A program made the position numbers and the translations under genes. From assembly GCA_025210965.1 (NCBI GenBank), contig JAOAQY010000034.1, forward strand, positions 32,207 to 96,206: a stretch of 64,000 bases of DNA. Reading direction: 5' to 3'. The DNA is from Tissierellales bacterium. Its GTDB lineage: Bacteria; Bacillota; Clostridia; Tissierellales; JAOAQY01. Below the pieces are notes generated by a model. That model saw only the letters and a program-made list of their open reading frames with translations, searched no databases and was not told the origin of the DNA. This document shows positions 27,486-35,981 of the stretch, in pieces. Within the stretch, counting starts at the first letter, position 1. Every line of letters begins with the position of its first letter.

Positions 27486-29462
27486 ATGCCTACAGATAAA
27501 AGTAACATAAAAAAAGAAGTCATATTTGCGTTAGATATAGGTACGAAGACTGTAATTGGAGTAGTCGGATACTACGAAGGTGATGTTTTTAAAATACTTG
27601 ATTCGGAATTGGTAGAACACAAGAAGCGTTCTATGTACGATGGACAAATTCACAATATTCAAGAAGTTGCAGAAGTTGTGATTGATGTAAAACTAAAATT
27701 GGAAAATAGACTTAGTTTAAAATTTGATAAGGTTGCTATTGCAGCGGCTGGTAGAGCATTAAAGACATATAGAGAAAGATTTGATAGAGAAATTGACTTG
27801 AGTGTAAAGATAGATCAAAGGATGATAAATAGCCTTGAAATGGAAACTATACAAAAAGCTCAAGAACAATTAGAAAAAGAAAATGATACAAATGAGCCAC
27901 GTTATTATTGTGTAGGACATTCTATTATGAATTATTATTTGGATGATAATTTCATTGAGAGTCTTGAAGGTCATAGTGGGAATAAAATAGGGGTAGAAAT
28001 TATTGCTACATTCTTGCCACATGTTGTAGTTGATAGTTTGTATACTGTTATGGATAGAGCTGGGCTTGAGGTTATGAATCTTACATTGGAGCCTATTGCA
28101 GCCATAAACGTAGCGATAAAAAAAGATTTGAGATTATTAAATCTTTGCCTAGTCGACATTGGAGCTGGGACATCGGATATTGCCATAACAAAAGAAGGGC
28201 GTATAGTTGCATATGATATGGTACCTCTTGCTGGAGATGAAATAACTGAGAGGATAGCAAAGAGATACCTAATTGGTTTTGATATGGCAGAGAAAATAAA
28301 GAAGAATTTGTACAAAAACGTAAAGCATAAATTCAATGATGTAGTTGGGATTCCATATGAAATAGATTCAGAAGAAATATTAAATGAAGTAGATGAGGGT
28401 ATAAGTAAACTAGCTACAGAAATAGCAATTAAGATAAAGGGTTGTAACAAGAAGGCTCCAAGTGCGGTGCTCATGATTGGTGGAGGAAGTCAAATACCTA
28501 GATTGACAGATTATGTTGCTAGGGAATTGGATATGCCGGCAGAGAGAGTCGTAACGAAGAGTGCTGAAATCATAGATTCTGTAGACGGAATAGGAAGCGT
28601 ACTAGAGGGACCACAAGGGATTACACCTATAGGTATAGCAACTACTGCAGGACGATGTGCTAGTGTGAAAAATTTCATAGAGGTCTCTGTGAATGGTGAG
28701 AAGATTAAACTTATGCAGGCTAAGGATGTTAAGATATCCGATGCATTGGTTTTGGTTGGATATAATCCAAGAAAATTGATACCTAAAAAGGGCGATGATT
28801 TTATATACTTCTACAATGGCCAACTGAAAAGGGTGAGAGGATTACTTGGAAAACCAGCAATTATAAAAGTCAATGGAGAGGATGGTAATCTAGAAACTGT
28901 AATCTCTGATGGGGATATAATTGAGGTAGATGAAGCAACTCAGGGTAAAACTGTAGTCCCAAAAATTTCAGATGTTGTTAAACAGTATGGAATTTACTTT
29001 GATGAATCTTATGTAGATTTAATTGAAAATTTTAAAGTTAACGGAAATGATGTAGATGATGAGTTTCTGTTAAATGAAAAAGATTCTGTGGAAGTTGATG
29101 AAATTGCAAATGTTGAAATGTTTATGAGAAGATACCAGCTAAGCTCAAACGAATTTATACCTATTGTAAACGGAAAGATTGTTGAAAATCAATATTTGTT
29201 TGAAGATGGAGATGTTCTTAGTTTTGAAAAAAAAATTGAAAATAAGAATTCGATTATTGTACAGATAAATGGTGAAACTAAAAAACTTGAAACTGAAAAA
29301 GAAAAATTTGTTTTTGTTGATATATTTGACTATGTTGATATTGATTTGAAACAACCGCATGGTAAATTAATACTTAAGTTAAATGGAGAAAAAGCTGATT
29401 TTACTAGGGAACTAAAAGATGGGGATCTTTTGGATGTTTATTGGACAAAAGAGAATGTGTAA
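27486..29462 (+). CDS. Actin-fold (FtsA/PilM/EutJ-like) ATPase fused to a C-terminal array of ThiS/MoaD-like repeats
   Basis: The N-terminal part has the phosphate-1 motif FALDIGTKTVIG, the phosphate-2 motif LVDIGAGTSDIAI and the adenosine motif LMIGGGSQIP. The C-terminal ~260 aa contain four recurrences of (V/L)NG-x8-12-(D/E)GD-x-(I/L/V)-x-(V/F). Confidence 0.7.
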   Translation: MPTDKSNIKKEVIFALDIGTKTVIGVVGYYEGDVFKILDSELVEHKKRSMYDGQIHNIQEVAEVVIDVKLKLENRLSLKFDKVAIAAAGRALKTYRERFDREIDLSVKIDQRMINSLEMETIQKAQEQLEKENDTNEPRYYCVGHSIMNYYLDDNFIESLEGHSGNKIGVEIIATFLPHVVVDSLYTVMDRAGLEVMNLTLEPIAAINVAIKKDLRLLNLCLVDIGAGTSDIAITKEGRIVAYDMVPLAGDEITERIAKRYLIGFDMAEKIKKNLYKNVKHKFNDVVGIPYEIDSEEILNEVDEGISKLATEIAIKIKGCNKKAPSAVLMIGGGSQIPRLTDYVARELDMPAERVVTKSAEIIDSVDGIGSVLEGPQGITPIGIATTAGRCASVKNFIEVSVNGEKIKLMQAKDVKISDALVLVGYNPRKLIPKKGDDFIYFYNGQLKRVRGLLGKPAIIKVNGEDGNLETVISDGDIIEVDEATQGKTVVPKISDVVKQYGIYFDESYVDLIENFKVNGNDVDDEFLLNEKDSVEVDEIANVEMFMRRYQLSSNEFIPIVNGKIVENQYLFEDGDVLSFEKKIENKNSIIVQINGETKKLETEKEKFVFVDIFDYVDIDLKQPHGKLILKLNGEKADFTRELKDGDLLDVYWTKENV

Positions 29463-29484
29463 TTTTTAATATAGAGGTGTTTAA

Positions 29485-30171
29485 ATGGAGGCATTATATG
29501 ATAAGCATTTTACTTGTCCGGTTTGCAAGGATGAGTTTACTACGAAGCAGGTTAAGAAAAAGCATATTAAAGTTTTGAAGAGGGATTCGGATTTAATGGT
29601 TCATTATGATGCTGAGAATCCTATGGTGTATAGTATTGTTGTTTGTAAAAAATGTGGATATTCTAATTTGGCAAACAAGTTTGAAGAATTGAATTATAAG
29701 AAGAAGCAATTATATCAAGAAAATTTGTCGAAAATTTGGAAAGAAAAAGACTATACTGGAGAGAGAACAGTAAGGGAAGGTATTGAGACATACAAGCTTA
29801 TGTTGTTTTGCGAAAATTTAGTTGGAGCAAAGCATTATGAAAAAGCAGGTACTATTCTCAAAATTTCTTGGCTGTATAGGATACTTGGAGAAGCAGAAGA
29901 AGAAATAAAATTTCAAGAGATGGCTTTGGCTTTATATCAAGAGGCATTTGAAACTGAAGATTTAAGTAGAGGAGCAGTCAATGAAATCACTGTTAATTAT
30001 TTGATTGCGGAGTTAGCTTTTAGATTAGGAGAACTTGACCTTGCAACAAAGTGGATGAGTTCGTTGATTTCTAATAGAAATTTAAAAAATCATCCTCAAA
30101 TAGAAAAATTAGCAAAGGAACAATGGCTCAAAATAAAAGAAAAGAAGCAAAGTGATTCGGGGGAGAGTTAG
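29485..30171 (+). CDS. DUF2225-like protein (N-terminal zinc ribbon + helical/TPR-like C-terminal half)
   Basis: It has CPVC...x35...CKKCGY followed by a helical repeat region. It is separated from the upstream gene by 22 nt. Confidence 0.65.
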   Translation: MEALYDKHFTCPVCKDEFTTKQVKKKHIKVLKRDSDLMVHYDAENPMVYSIVVCKKCGYSNLANKFEELNYKKKQLYQENLSKIWKEKDYTGERTVREGIETYKLMLFCENLVGAKHYEKAGTILKISWLYRILGEAEEEIKFQEMALALYQEAFETEDLSRGAVNEITVNYLIAELAFRLGELDLATKWMSSLISNRNLKNHPQIEKLAKEQWLKIKEKKQSDSGES

Positions 30172-30184
30172 ATTGGATTATAAA

Positions 30185-30991
30185 ATGATAGCGCTTGACT
30201 TAGATGGTACGACATTAAATAGTGATGGTGTATTAGAGTTAGAGACTCGAAGAGTATTAAATTGTGTCAAAAGAAAAAACATTAAAATTATAGTTTGTAC
30301 TGGCCGCATATTTGGATCGGCTAGATATTTTTCTAAAGAATTAGAGACAGATACTTGGATAGTTTCTAGTAATGGAGCTTTTGTAGCTAAATATGATATG
30401 AGTGATTCGATTTTGAGTTGTGAAATGGATAGAGAACTTGTTGAAAAAACATTTAGTATTTTAGAAGATTCAGGTGTTTATTATCATTTTTATGATCACA
30501 TACACTATTATACTAAAGAGATGACATATAGAGCTAAAATGTATGATAAGTGGAACAAAAGCTTAAACGAAGAAGATCGCATAGTGATGAGTGTGATTGA
30601 TAATCCTATTGAGTTGATAAAGAATACTAATATGCCTGTTTACAAAATAGTGGTGCATGATAAAGACTGTGAATTGATTTCTAAATTAAAGTCAGAAATT
30701 GCTGATTTGGGTCTTGAGGTTGTTAGTTCTATTGCTGAGTCTTTTGATATAATGAAAAAAGGTGCGACTAAGGGTAATGCTTTGAAATGCATAGCTGATG
30801 AGATGGGAATTGATAGAGAAGAGATAATAGCAATTGGCGATAATGAAAATGATATATCTATGATTGAATTTGCAGGATTAGGAGTTGCAGTTGGTAATGC
30901 AGAACTGTGCTTAAAGGAAAAAGCAGACTTAGTTATTGAGTCTAATGATAATCAAGGAGTTGCAAAGTTTTTAAGGAATCTATGCTCATGA
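30185..30991 (+). CDS. Cof-type HAD-IIB family hydrolase
   Basis: It has the DLDGT motif, the GDNENDISM motif and a cap region. ATG 30185 gives the canonical MIALDLDGT N-terminus. Confidence 0.8.
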   Translation: MIALDLDGTTLNSDGVLELETRRVLNCVKRKNIKIIVCTGRIFGSARYFSKELETDTWIVSSNGAFVAKYDMSDSILSCEMDRELVEKTFSILEDSGVYYHFYDHIHYYTKEMTYRAKMYDKWNKSLNEEDRIVMSVIDNPIELIKNTNMPVYKIVVHDKDCELISKLKSEIADLGLEVVSSIAESFDIMKKGATKGNALKCIADEMGIDREEIIAIGDNENDISMIEFAGLGVAVGNAELCLKEKADLVIESNDNQGVAKFLRNLCS

Positions 30992-31072
30992 AATGTTTAG
31001 AAAGAGATGTTTTATGGTATAATCAGAATAGATTATTGTAAAAAGTGTGTGTATAAATAAGAATGAGGTGAT

Positions 31073-31546
31073 ATGATGAAGGCAGAATTGATAAATCCTT
31101 TTGTTCAGGCAAGTGTTGATATTATTTCGATGATGACTCAGATTAATTTGCAAAAAGGAACACCAAGATTGGTAGAGGATATAAAATTAGAAAGTGATAT
31201 TGGCATAGTAATTGGTTTGACTGGAGAAATTCGTGGTCAAGTTGTAATTAGGATGAAAATTGAAGATGCTAAGACTGTAATATCTAAGATGATGGGTGGA
31301 GTTGAAGTTACAGAAATTGATAGCATGGGTAAAAGTGCTATTTCTGAGCTTGGAAACATGATACTTGGAACTTCGGCAAATAATTTGTATTCTCTTGGTT
31401 ATACAATTGATATTACGCCACCAAGTATATTATCGGGGGATGGTATAATATATTCTACAGTGGACCAAAATATAATTGAAATGCCGTTTGAATCTGAAGA
31501 AATTAATGTTAGAGTTGCAATTTCATTAGTAGAAGATAAAGAGTAG
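31073..31546 (+). CDS. cheX: CheX-type chemotaxis phosphatase (CheC/CheX/FliY family)
   Basis: The N-terminus INPFVQASVDIISMM and ELGNMILG are typical of CheX. It is ~155 aa. Confidence 0.7.
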   Translation: MMKAELINPFVQASVDIISMMTQINLQKGTPRLVEDIKLESDIGIVIGLTGEIRGQVVIRMKIEDAKTVISKMMGGVEVTEIDSMGKSAISELGNMILGTSANNLYSLGYTIDITPPSILSGDGIIYSTVDQNIIEMPFESEEINVRVAISLVEDKE

Positions 31547-31574
31547 TGGACATTTGGAAGGAGAAAGTTGACGT

Positions 31575-32045
31575 ATGGGTATTAATATAGTATTGATAGA
31601 GCCGGAAATTCCGCAAAACACAGGAAATATAGCGAGAACATGTGCCTTGACAGGAGCATCTTTGCATCTTGTTAAGCCATTAGGATTTTCGGTTAATGAT
31701 AAGTATTTGAAGAGAGCAGGATTAGATTATTGGCACTTATTAGATATAACATATCACGATAGTTTTCAAGAATTATTAGATAAAGTAGATGAAGGTAAGT
31801 TCTTTTATGCTACAACTAAAGGTGGTACTAGCTGCTACGATGTAGATTTTATGGATGATTGCTATATAGTATTTGGTAAAGAGACTGCAGGGATACCAGA
31901 ATCTCTTTTGAATCAATATAAAGACCAAAACATTCGTATACCAATGCTAAAGAATGAAGCGGCTAGATCACTCAATTTATCAAATTCAGTAGCAATTATT
32001 GCATATGAGGCGATGAGGCAATTGGGTTGTCCGGGTCTTGTTTAA
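31575..32045 (+). CDS. trmL: tRNA (cytidine/uridine-34 2'-O)-methyltransferase TrmL (SpoU family)
   Basis: It has NIVLIEPEIPQNTGNIARTC and RSLNLSNSVAI motifs and is 156 aa. Confidence 0.85.
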   Translation: MGINIVLIEPEIPQNTGNIARTCALTGASLHLVKPLGFSVNDKYLKRAGLDYWHLLDITYHDSFQELLDKVDEGKFFYATTKGGTSCYDVDFMDDCYIVFGKETAGIPESLLNQYKDQNIRIPMLKNEAARSLNLSNSVAIIAYEAMRQLGCPGLV

Positions 32046-32067
32046 CAAACTTAACAAAATCTTAACA
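32042..32067 (+). promoter_or_regulatory. Three direct TTAACA repeats (PhoP/Pho-box-like) upstream of the Na/Pi cotransporter gene
   Basis: TTAACA is at 32042, 32051 and 32062 (spacers 3 and 5 nt). TATAAT is at 32088-32093. The B. subtilis PhoP consensus is TT(A/T/C)ACA repeats with spacers of 5 +/- 2 nt. Confidence 0.45.
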
Positions 32068-32172
32068 AAACTAGGTCTAGAACCTAGTATAATATTAATT
32101 GCATGTTATACAAATCAACAGTTATCATACTTGTGTTAGCTGTTGGTTAATTTTTTGTTTGGGAGGATTTTT

Positions 32173-33813
32173 ATGCAAAAAGAAATGTTAGTAGGTATTT
32201 TAGGTGGTTTGGGATTGTTTTTGTATGGCATGAACCTTATGGGGACGGCGTTACAGAAAGTTGCTGGTGAGAAGATGAAGCAGCTTATTGGAGTGCTTAC
32301 AAATAATAGGTTCTTAGGTGTCGTTGTTGGAGCTATAGTTACTATGTTGATTCAAAGTAGTAGTGCTACAACTGTAATGGTTGTTGGTTTTGTAAATGCT
32401 GGTTTGATGACGCTTGGACAAGCTATTGGTGTTATTATGGGAGCTAATATTGGTACAACGATTACAGCGCAGTTAGTTGCATTTAAGCTAACAGATGTGG
32501 CGCCATTTGTAATTGCTTTGGGGGTTCTTATATGGCTTGGAGCATCTAAAAAGAAACACAAGGATATTGGAGAGATATTAATTGGTTTTGGTATATTATT
32601 CTTAGGAATGGGCATGATGTCAGGAGCTATGAAACCTCTTAGAACTGACGAGACTTTCAAAAGTTTACTTGCGAATTTAGAAAATCCATTTTTGGGTATA
32701 GCAGTTGGATTTATAATTACTGCAGTAGTACAAAGTAGTAGTGCGACTACTGGGATGCTTTTAGCACTTGCTAGTGCAGGAGCTATAGGAAATTTAGGAT
32801 CGGTTATACCTATACTATGTGGGCAGAATATAGGAACATGTGTTACAGCTATGATTTCGAGTTTTGGAGCAAATAAGACAGCAAAACGTGCTGCATTTAT
32901 GCATTTATTATTTAATGTTTTTGGTACAATTATTTTTATGACCATAGTCGCAATATTCCCTATAACTCAGATGATTCATGAGCTATCTCCAGAGGATATG
33001 TCGAGACAGATAGCAAATGCACATACATCTTTTAATATTTTGAATACATTGTTATTGTTCCCATTTGCTAACTGGTTTGTTAGAATTGCAGAAAAAGTTA
33101 TACAGGGTGAAGATGTTGACGAAACAGGTCTTAAATACATTGACTCTAGAATCATAGAAACGCCTTCGATTGCTGTCATGATGGCATCTAAAGAGGTGTT
33201 AAGAATGGGGAAGACTGTTAATAAATCTTTAAAATTGACGAAAGAAGCGTTTTTGGAACTTGATGAAAAGAAAATAGAAAAAGTGCTTGAAAGAGAGAAA
33301 AATATAAATGCACTTGAAAAGGATATAGTTTCTTATTTGAGCGAAGTGTTGAATGCTCAATTGACCAATGAACAACATGCAGTTGTTACTACCTTGTTTA
33401 ATACTGTAAATGATTTAGAAAGAGTTGCGGATCATGCAGAAAATATTGTGGAATTAGCTCAATATAGAATTGACAATAAAATTAAATTTTCTGAGGGTGC
33501 ACTTCTTGAATTAGATGTGATGTTTGAAAAAGTTGATAGAGCATATACTACTGCTTTGAATTCTTTTAAAACAGGCGATGAAGTTATGATAAAGCAAGTA
33601 TTTGATTTTGAAGAACAAGTTGATCAATTGGAAAAAGAAAATAGAAAAAATCATATAAAAAGATTAAATGATAAGGCATGTAAGCCAGAATCTGGTATAA
33701 TATATCTAGAGGTTATTGGAAACCTTGAAAGAATAGGTGACCACTCGGCGAATATAGCAGAATCAATACTTGAAGGAGTTAGAAGCAAGGCTATAGCTCA
33801 AAATATAAATTAA
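32173..33813 (+). CDS. Na+/phosphate cotransporter family protein with C-terminal PhoU-like repeats
   Basis: It has duplicated QSSSATT motifs in the membrane part and C-terminal PhoU-type helices (ERVADHAENI, ERIGDHSANI). The RBS GGGAGGA precedes ATG 32173. Confidence 0.85.
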   Translation: MQKEMLVGILGGLGLFLYGMNLMGTALQKVAGEKMKQLIGVLTNNRFLGVVVGAIVTMLIQSSSATTVMVVGFVNAGLMTLGQAIGVIMGANIGTTITAQLVAFKLTDVAPFVIALGVLIWLGASKKKHKDIGEILIGFGILFLGMGMMSGAMKPLRTDETFKSLLANLENPFLGIAVGFIITAVVQSSSATTGMLLALASAGAIGNLGSVIPILCGQNIGTCVTAMISSFGANKTAKRAAFMHLLFNVFGTIIFMTIVAIFPITQMIHELSPEDMSRQIANAHTSFNILNTLLLFPFANWFVRIAEKVIQGEDVDETGLKYIDSRIIETPSIAVMMASKEVLRMGKTVNKSLKLTKEAFLELDEKKIEKVLEREKNINALEKDIVSYLSEVLNAQLTNEQHAVVTTLFNTVNDLERVADHAENIVELAQYRIDNKIKFSEGALLELDVMFEKVDRAYTTALNSFKTGDEVMIKQVFDFEEQVDQLEKENRKNHIKRLNDKACKPESGIIYLEVIGNLERIGDHSANIAESILEGVRSKAIAQNIN

Positions 33814-33885
33814 AAATCTTGAAATATTCAGAAAATACAATCGTGATCAAATTTTATCAATAATAACAAAAAATGAAAAAAGTGA

Positions 33886-33914
33886 TTGACGTTTTTTTCA
33901 CAATGAGTTATACT
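33886..33914 (+). promoter_or_regulatory. SigA-type promoter P1 driving glycine riboswitch module 1
   Basis: The arrangement is TTGACG - 17 nt - TATACT. Confidence 0.6.
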
Positions 33915-33980
33915 AGTGCTATAAGAAAGATTGGTGATTGAAATTCATTAATTTATCTTACTATAGCAATCGGATGAAGT

Positions 33981-34147
33981 ATGCGGGAGAGACCGAAAGG
34001 CGCCGAAGGAGTAAGAGTTATTTATGCCATAGATAGCTTGAAACTCTCAGGCAAAAGGACCGTGTGTGGACGAAACTCTGGAAAGCGAAGTGTCACCGAT
34101 GGAGCAATATTCTTTTAAGAATAGAATCTCTCAGGTTAAGGAACAGA
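33981..34147 (+). promoter_or_regulatory. Glycine riboswitch, module 1 (two aptamers in tandem)
   Basis: Aptamer 1 is GCGGGAGAGACCGAAAGGCGCCGAAGGAG...AAACTCTCAGGCAAAAGGACCG. Aptamer 2 is GGACGAAACTCTGGAAAGCG...CACCGATGGAGCAA...TCTCTCAGGTTAAGGAACAGAG. Both match the conserved cores of the glycine riboswitch class. Confidence 0.85.
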
Positions 34148-34181
34148 GCGCAGGCAAATTAATTTTGCTTGCGCTTTTTTT
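34147..34181 (+). terminator. Expression-platform terminator of riboswitch module 1
   Basis: The stem AGCGCAGGCAAA/TTTGCTTGCGCT (one G-U) is followed by TTTTTTT. Its 5' arm abuts and overlaps the 3' strand (CAGAG) of aptamer-2 P1. Confidence 0.8.
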
Positions 34182-34243
34182 AGGCTCTGAAATAATCAAT
34201 TGGATCGAAAAATTGAATTATCGAAATAATTCATAAAAAAGCA

Positions 34244-34271
34244 TTGACCTTTTCAAAAAAAACGTTATACT
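34244..34271 (+). promoter_or_regulatory. SigA-type promoter P2 driving glycine riboswitch module 2
   Basis: The arrangement is TTGACC - 16 nt - TATACT. Confidence 0.55.
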
Positions 34272-34337
34272 GTATGTATAAGCACTAGTTATAAAAAACG
34301 AAATGCGATTAATAAAATTAATATATCTGAATGAAAC

Positions 34338-34506
34338 ATACGGGAGAGACCGAAAGGCGCCGAAGGAGTAAGATTTATTTTTGCCAAAAATATTTTGAAA
34401 CTCTCAGGCAAAAGGACCGTATGTGGACAGAACTCTGGAAAGCGAATTGTCACCGACGGAGCAATATTCTCTAGGAGAATAGAATCTCTCAGGTCCCAAA
34501 ACAGAG
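34338..34506 (+). promoter_or_regulatory. Glycine riboswitch, module 2 (two aptamers in tandem)
   Basis: It is near-identical to the module 1 aptamer cores (ACGGGAGAGACCGAAAGGCGCCGAAGGAG...CTCTCAGGCAAAAGGACCGT; GGACAGAACTCTGGAAAGCG...CACCGACGGAGCAA...TCTCTCAGGTCCCAAAACAGAG). Confidence 0.85.
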
Positions 34507-34541
34507 CATAGGCTATATTGTTACCTATGCTCTGTTTTTTT
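34502..34541 (+). terminator. Expression-platform terminator of riboswitch module 2
   Basis: The stem CAGAGCATAGG/CCTATGCTCTG is followed by TTTTTTT. Its 5' arm is the 3' strand of aptamer-2 P1, which is ON-switch logic. Confidence 0.85.
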
Positions 34542-34582
34542 ATTGCAGAAGTTTAGGTGGTTTAGTGAAGGTGAGGGCTCCT

Positions 34583-34957
34583 ATGAATTATGTATTAACG
34601 AATAATCCAAAAGTAAAACAACGTTTAGAGGACCAAATTGAGGTCAAGTATTTTGATGTTAGCTTGTATGAAATCATAAAGCGAACTAGAGATGCGATTC
34701 ACAAAGGAGATGAATTGTTAACACACCCTTTGTCAAGTAGTATAAAGCCTAATGAGACACCATATAAGAGTGTTGTGTTGAAAGAGGGAAATTTAGTTTG
34801 TTTAGATTCAGTGAAAATTATTGAGGAGTCTATACAGGTGGCAGAAAAGTTTTTGAACGATTTTGTTACACCAGACTGGACTGAAAAAGTTTTAGATGAC
34901 TTTCAAACGATTGACTTATCAGTGCTTGAAAACGCATTGCAAAATATGCTGTTTTAA
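34583..34957 (+). CDS. grdX: Glycine reductase complex-associated protein GrdX
   Basis: It is the ~124-aa first gene of a grd operon, with N-terminus MNYVLTNNPKV and ...ELLTHPLSSSIKPNETPYKS. The RBS AGGTGAGGG precedes ATG 34583. Confidence 0.75.
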   Translation: MNYVLTNNPKVKQRLEDQIEVKYFDVSLYEIIKRTRDAIHKGDELLTHPLSSSIKPNETPYKSVVLKEGNLVCLDSVKIIEESIQVAEKFLNDFVTPDWTEKVLDDFQTIDLSVLENALQNMLF

Positions 34958-35004
34958 GATATAGAATTAAGGTTTTATTTTATAAGCGAAAGGAAGTGAA
35001 AAAG

Positions 35005-35940
35005 ATGAGTGAAGTTTATGACATAGTTATTATAGGAGCTGGACCGGCTGGACTTGCTGCTGGACTTTATGCTGGAAGATCAAAGATGAAAACTTTGATT
35101 ATAGAAAAAGCGAAAGCAGGAGGACAGATAGTTATAACTGAAGAAGTTGAAAATTATCCAGGTTCAATAGAAAATGCTACTGGACCAACACTAATTTCTC
35201 GAATGGTAAAACAAGTAGATGAATTTGGTGCTGAAAGAGTTATTGATACTGTGAAATCAGTTAAAACTGAAGGCGAATATAAGCTAGTTGTAGGAAGTCA
35301 AGCAACCTACAAAGCTAAGTCTGTTATTGTTGCATCAGGTGCTAAGCCAAAGACACTTGGTTGTCCTGGAGAGAAGGAATTTACTGGGAAAGGGGTTTCT
35401 TATTGTGCTACTTGCGATGCAGCCTTTTTCGAAGACTTCGAAGTATTCGTAGTAGGCGGTGGAGATTCTGCTGTTGAAGAGGCAATTTATTTATCAAGAT
35501 TTGCTAGAAAGGTAACAATACTTTACCGAAAAGGCGTATTTAGAGCTGCTAAGTCATTGGCAGATAAAGCTTTGAATAATGAAAAAATTGAAGTTAAATG
35601 GTTTACTGAGGTAAAAGAAATCGCCGGAGATGGTATAGTGCAAGAAATGACATTATTTAACAATCAGACTGGTGAAGAAGAAATCATCAAAGCTGATGAA
35701 GATGATGGTATGTTTGGTGTATTTATGTTTGTAGGATATGAACCACAGACACAGATTTATGAAGGTTTATTGGAAATGGAACATGGATACATTGTTACAG
35801 ATACAGAAATGAGAACTAATGTAGATGGGATATTTGCAGCAGGAGATTGTAGAGTTAAATCACTCAGACAAGTTGTTACAGCTTGTGCTGATGGTGCAAT
35901 TGCAGCAACTCAAGCTGAAAAATATATAGAAAAAATTTAA
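35005..35940 (+). CDS. trxB: Thioredoxin-disulfide reductase
   Basis: It has the FAD motif IIGAGPAG, the redox-active CATC (SYCATCDA), the NADPH motif VVGGGDSAVEEA and the C-terminal GIFAAGD. Confidence 0.9.
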   Translation: MSEVYDIVIIGAGPAGLAAGLYAGRSKMKTLIIEKAKAGGQIVITEEVENYPGSIENATGPTLISRMVKQVDEFGAERVIDTVKSVKTEGEYKLVVGSQATYKAKSVIVASGAKPKTLGCPGEKEFTGKGVSYCATCDAAFFEDFEVFVVGGGDSAVEEAIYLSRFARKVTILYRKGVFRAAKSLADKALNNEKIEVKWFTEVKEIAGDGIVQEMTLFNNQTGEEEIIKADEDDGMFGVFMFVGYEPQTQIYEGLLEMEHGYIVTDTEMRTNVDGIFAAGDCRVKSLRQVVTACADGAIAATQAEKYIEKI

Positions 35941-35981
35941 AAAGATAATTTATTATCTTTAACCTTTTGGGGGTGACGTAA

